A stretch of DNA of 17,927 nucleotides from a virus (taxonomy: Duplodnaviria > Heunggongvirae > Uroviricota > Caudoviricetes). The DNA lies in the IMG/VR virus record IMGVR_UViG_2541047837_000002. The stretch is one strand, 5' to 3'. Under the pieces are notes generated by a model. That model searched no databases. It saw only the letters and a list, made by a program, of their open reading frames with translations, and had not been told where the DNA came from. Every line of letters starts with the position of its first letter. Position 1 is the stretch's first letter. This document shows, piece after piece, positions 16,827 through 17,927 of the stretch. The position numbers were made by a program, and so were the translations under genes.

Positions 16827-16922
16827 GGCCAGAAAACTGGTTAGACCTGCTTTTTGTCTGGTCTGATTATTGCTGGAAAGAGGCTGGAGAAATTGTAGAG
16901 CGGTTCATTGGAGGGCTTCGTA

Positions 16923-17927
16923 ATGTCGATTAAGAAGCTCGAAGATGGTCGTTATTTGCTGGACATCAGGCCGAACGGACGCAAGGGAAAGCGCGTGCGT
17001 AAGGTATTTGACAAAAAATCGGTAGCGGTGGCCACTGAACGCTACATCATGGCGAACGCTGAAAAGCGGGAATATATACAGGGCTACCGTGATCGTCGAA
17101 CGCTAAATGATTTGCTTGAGTTGTGGTGGATGTATCACGGCCAGCACAGGCGTAAGGCGGAAGAAGACCGAAAACAACTGCGCAACATAATTAATGAGCT
17201 TGGCGCTGATATGCAGGCTGTGGATCTTGATAAGCTGAAAATTATCGCGTGGCGTTCTCAAAAGATAGCTGAAGGATTGAAACCGTCATCTGCTAACAGG
17301 TACATGAATCGGTTATCCGGAATGTTTACCGTGCTGAAAAAAATAGGTCTTTGGGATGCAGAACATCCAGTAAGGGGAATTTCTATTCTTTATGTATCTC
17401 CACGAGAAATGGCGTTCCTGTCACAGAAGGAAGTGGCGCTATTGCTCGATACACTGGAGGGCGACTACTGGCGTGTTGCGCTTTTGTGTTTAAGCACAGG
17501 GGCGCGCTGGAGTGAAGCTTGTAAGCTTCGTGGTGAACAGATAGTTCATAACCGTGTAACGTTTCTTGAAACCAAAAATGGCCGGAAGAGAACAGTGCCA
17601 ATTTCGCAGGCAGTTTGTGAGGCGATCAAAACCAGAGAAACAGGCAGCTTGTTTGAGGTGAAGTACCGGGAATTCTGCCTGGCGCTGAAAAGAGTTAAGC
17701 CCGATTTACCAAAAGGCCAGGCTGCACATGTGCTGCGGCATACGTTCGCCAGCCATTTTGTGATGAACGGAGGAAACATTATTGCGCTTCAGAAGATTCT
17801 TGGTCACGCAACCATTCAGCAAACAATGGCATATGCGCATTTTGCACCGGATTACCTGCAGGATGCGGTGGCCCTTAATCCGCTGAAAGGTGGCGTAAGT
17901 GTCCACGCAGTGTCCACGGGGGATTAA
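16923..17927 (+). CDS. int: Tyrosine integrase, P2 Int family
   Basis: The N-terminus MSIKKLEDGRYLLDIRPNGRKGKRVRKVFDKKS and the catalytic region (LSTGARWSEA, HNRVTF, HVLRHTFASHF, ILGHATIQQTMAYAHFAPDYLQDA) closely parallel P2 Int. The ATG at 16923 has a GGAGGG RBS; the ORF track's 16908 is a TTG. The ORF is complete, with its stop at the window edge. Confidence 0.9.
   Translation: MSIKKLEDGRYLLDIRPNGRKGKRVRKVFDKKSVAVATERYIMANAEKREYIQGYRDRRTLNDLLELWWMYHGQHRRKAEEDRKQLRNIINELGADMQAVDLDKLKIIAWRSQKIAEGLKPSSANRYMNRLSGMFTVLKKIGLWDAEHPVRGISILYVSPREMAFLSQKEVALLLDTLEGDYWRVALLCLSTGARWSEACKLRGEQIVHNRVTFLETKNGRKRTVPISQAVCEAIKTRETGSLFEVKYREFCLALKRVKPDLPKGQAAHVLRHTFASHFVMNGGNIIALQKILGHATIQQTMAYAHFAPDYLQDAVALNPLKGGVSVHAVSTGD

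Larger units (their letters stand above)
3087..17927. mobile_element. Defective, internally deleted and rearranged P2-like prophage remnant
   Basis: Holds ogr, D, FI, FII, E/E', T, U, H, tfa, a gpI fragment, a C fragment and int, but no head, V/W/J baseplate or replication genes. The left boundary is uncertain and may lie anywhere between flk and ogr; the right att lies beyond the window. Confidence 0.8.

Noticed and set aside
16580-16910. Searched the region next to int, and 2700-3086 next to ogr, for a tRNA gene or tRNA fragment that could mark the attachment site
   Set aside because: No cloverleaf-compatible sequence or CCA-proximal tRNA 3' end recognised by eye. The att core cannot be identified without the other prophage end, which is outside the window.
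1-17927. CRISPR arrays, rRNA genes or IS elements
   Set aside because: No direct-repeat/spacer periodicity, no rRNA-like conserved sequence and no transposase ORF or terminal inverted repeats were seen anywhere in the window.

Overview
The window starts with the chromosomal flk gene (1-996, minus strand) and then runs through acquired DNA: an AT-rich two-gene envelope operon (1264-2494), a Hok/Gef-type type I toxin locus (about 2700-3086), and a defective, rearranged P2-like prophage (3087-17927). The prophage keeps ogr, an AT-rich single-gene cargo ORF (3539-4561), gpD, the FI-FII-E/E'-T-U tail block, a Pin/Gin-family DNA invertase with a complete invertible tail-fibre segment of about 2.7 kb (26-bp crossover sites at 12198-12223 and 14876-14901), tail fibre H with chaperones, a truncated gpI, a C-repressor fragment and an apparently intact integrase. 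Head, baseplate V/W/J and replication genes are absent, so it is a remnant. The best candidates for an undescribed system are the cargo ORF between ogr and D, which carries a HEPN-like Rx4H motif, and the zinc-ribbon membrane protein plus secreted Cys-repeat protein pair. All family assignments come from reading the translated ORFs against remembered family signatures; no database search, GC calculation or folding was run, and composition statements are by eye.
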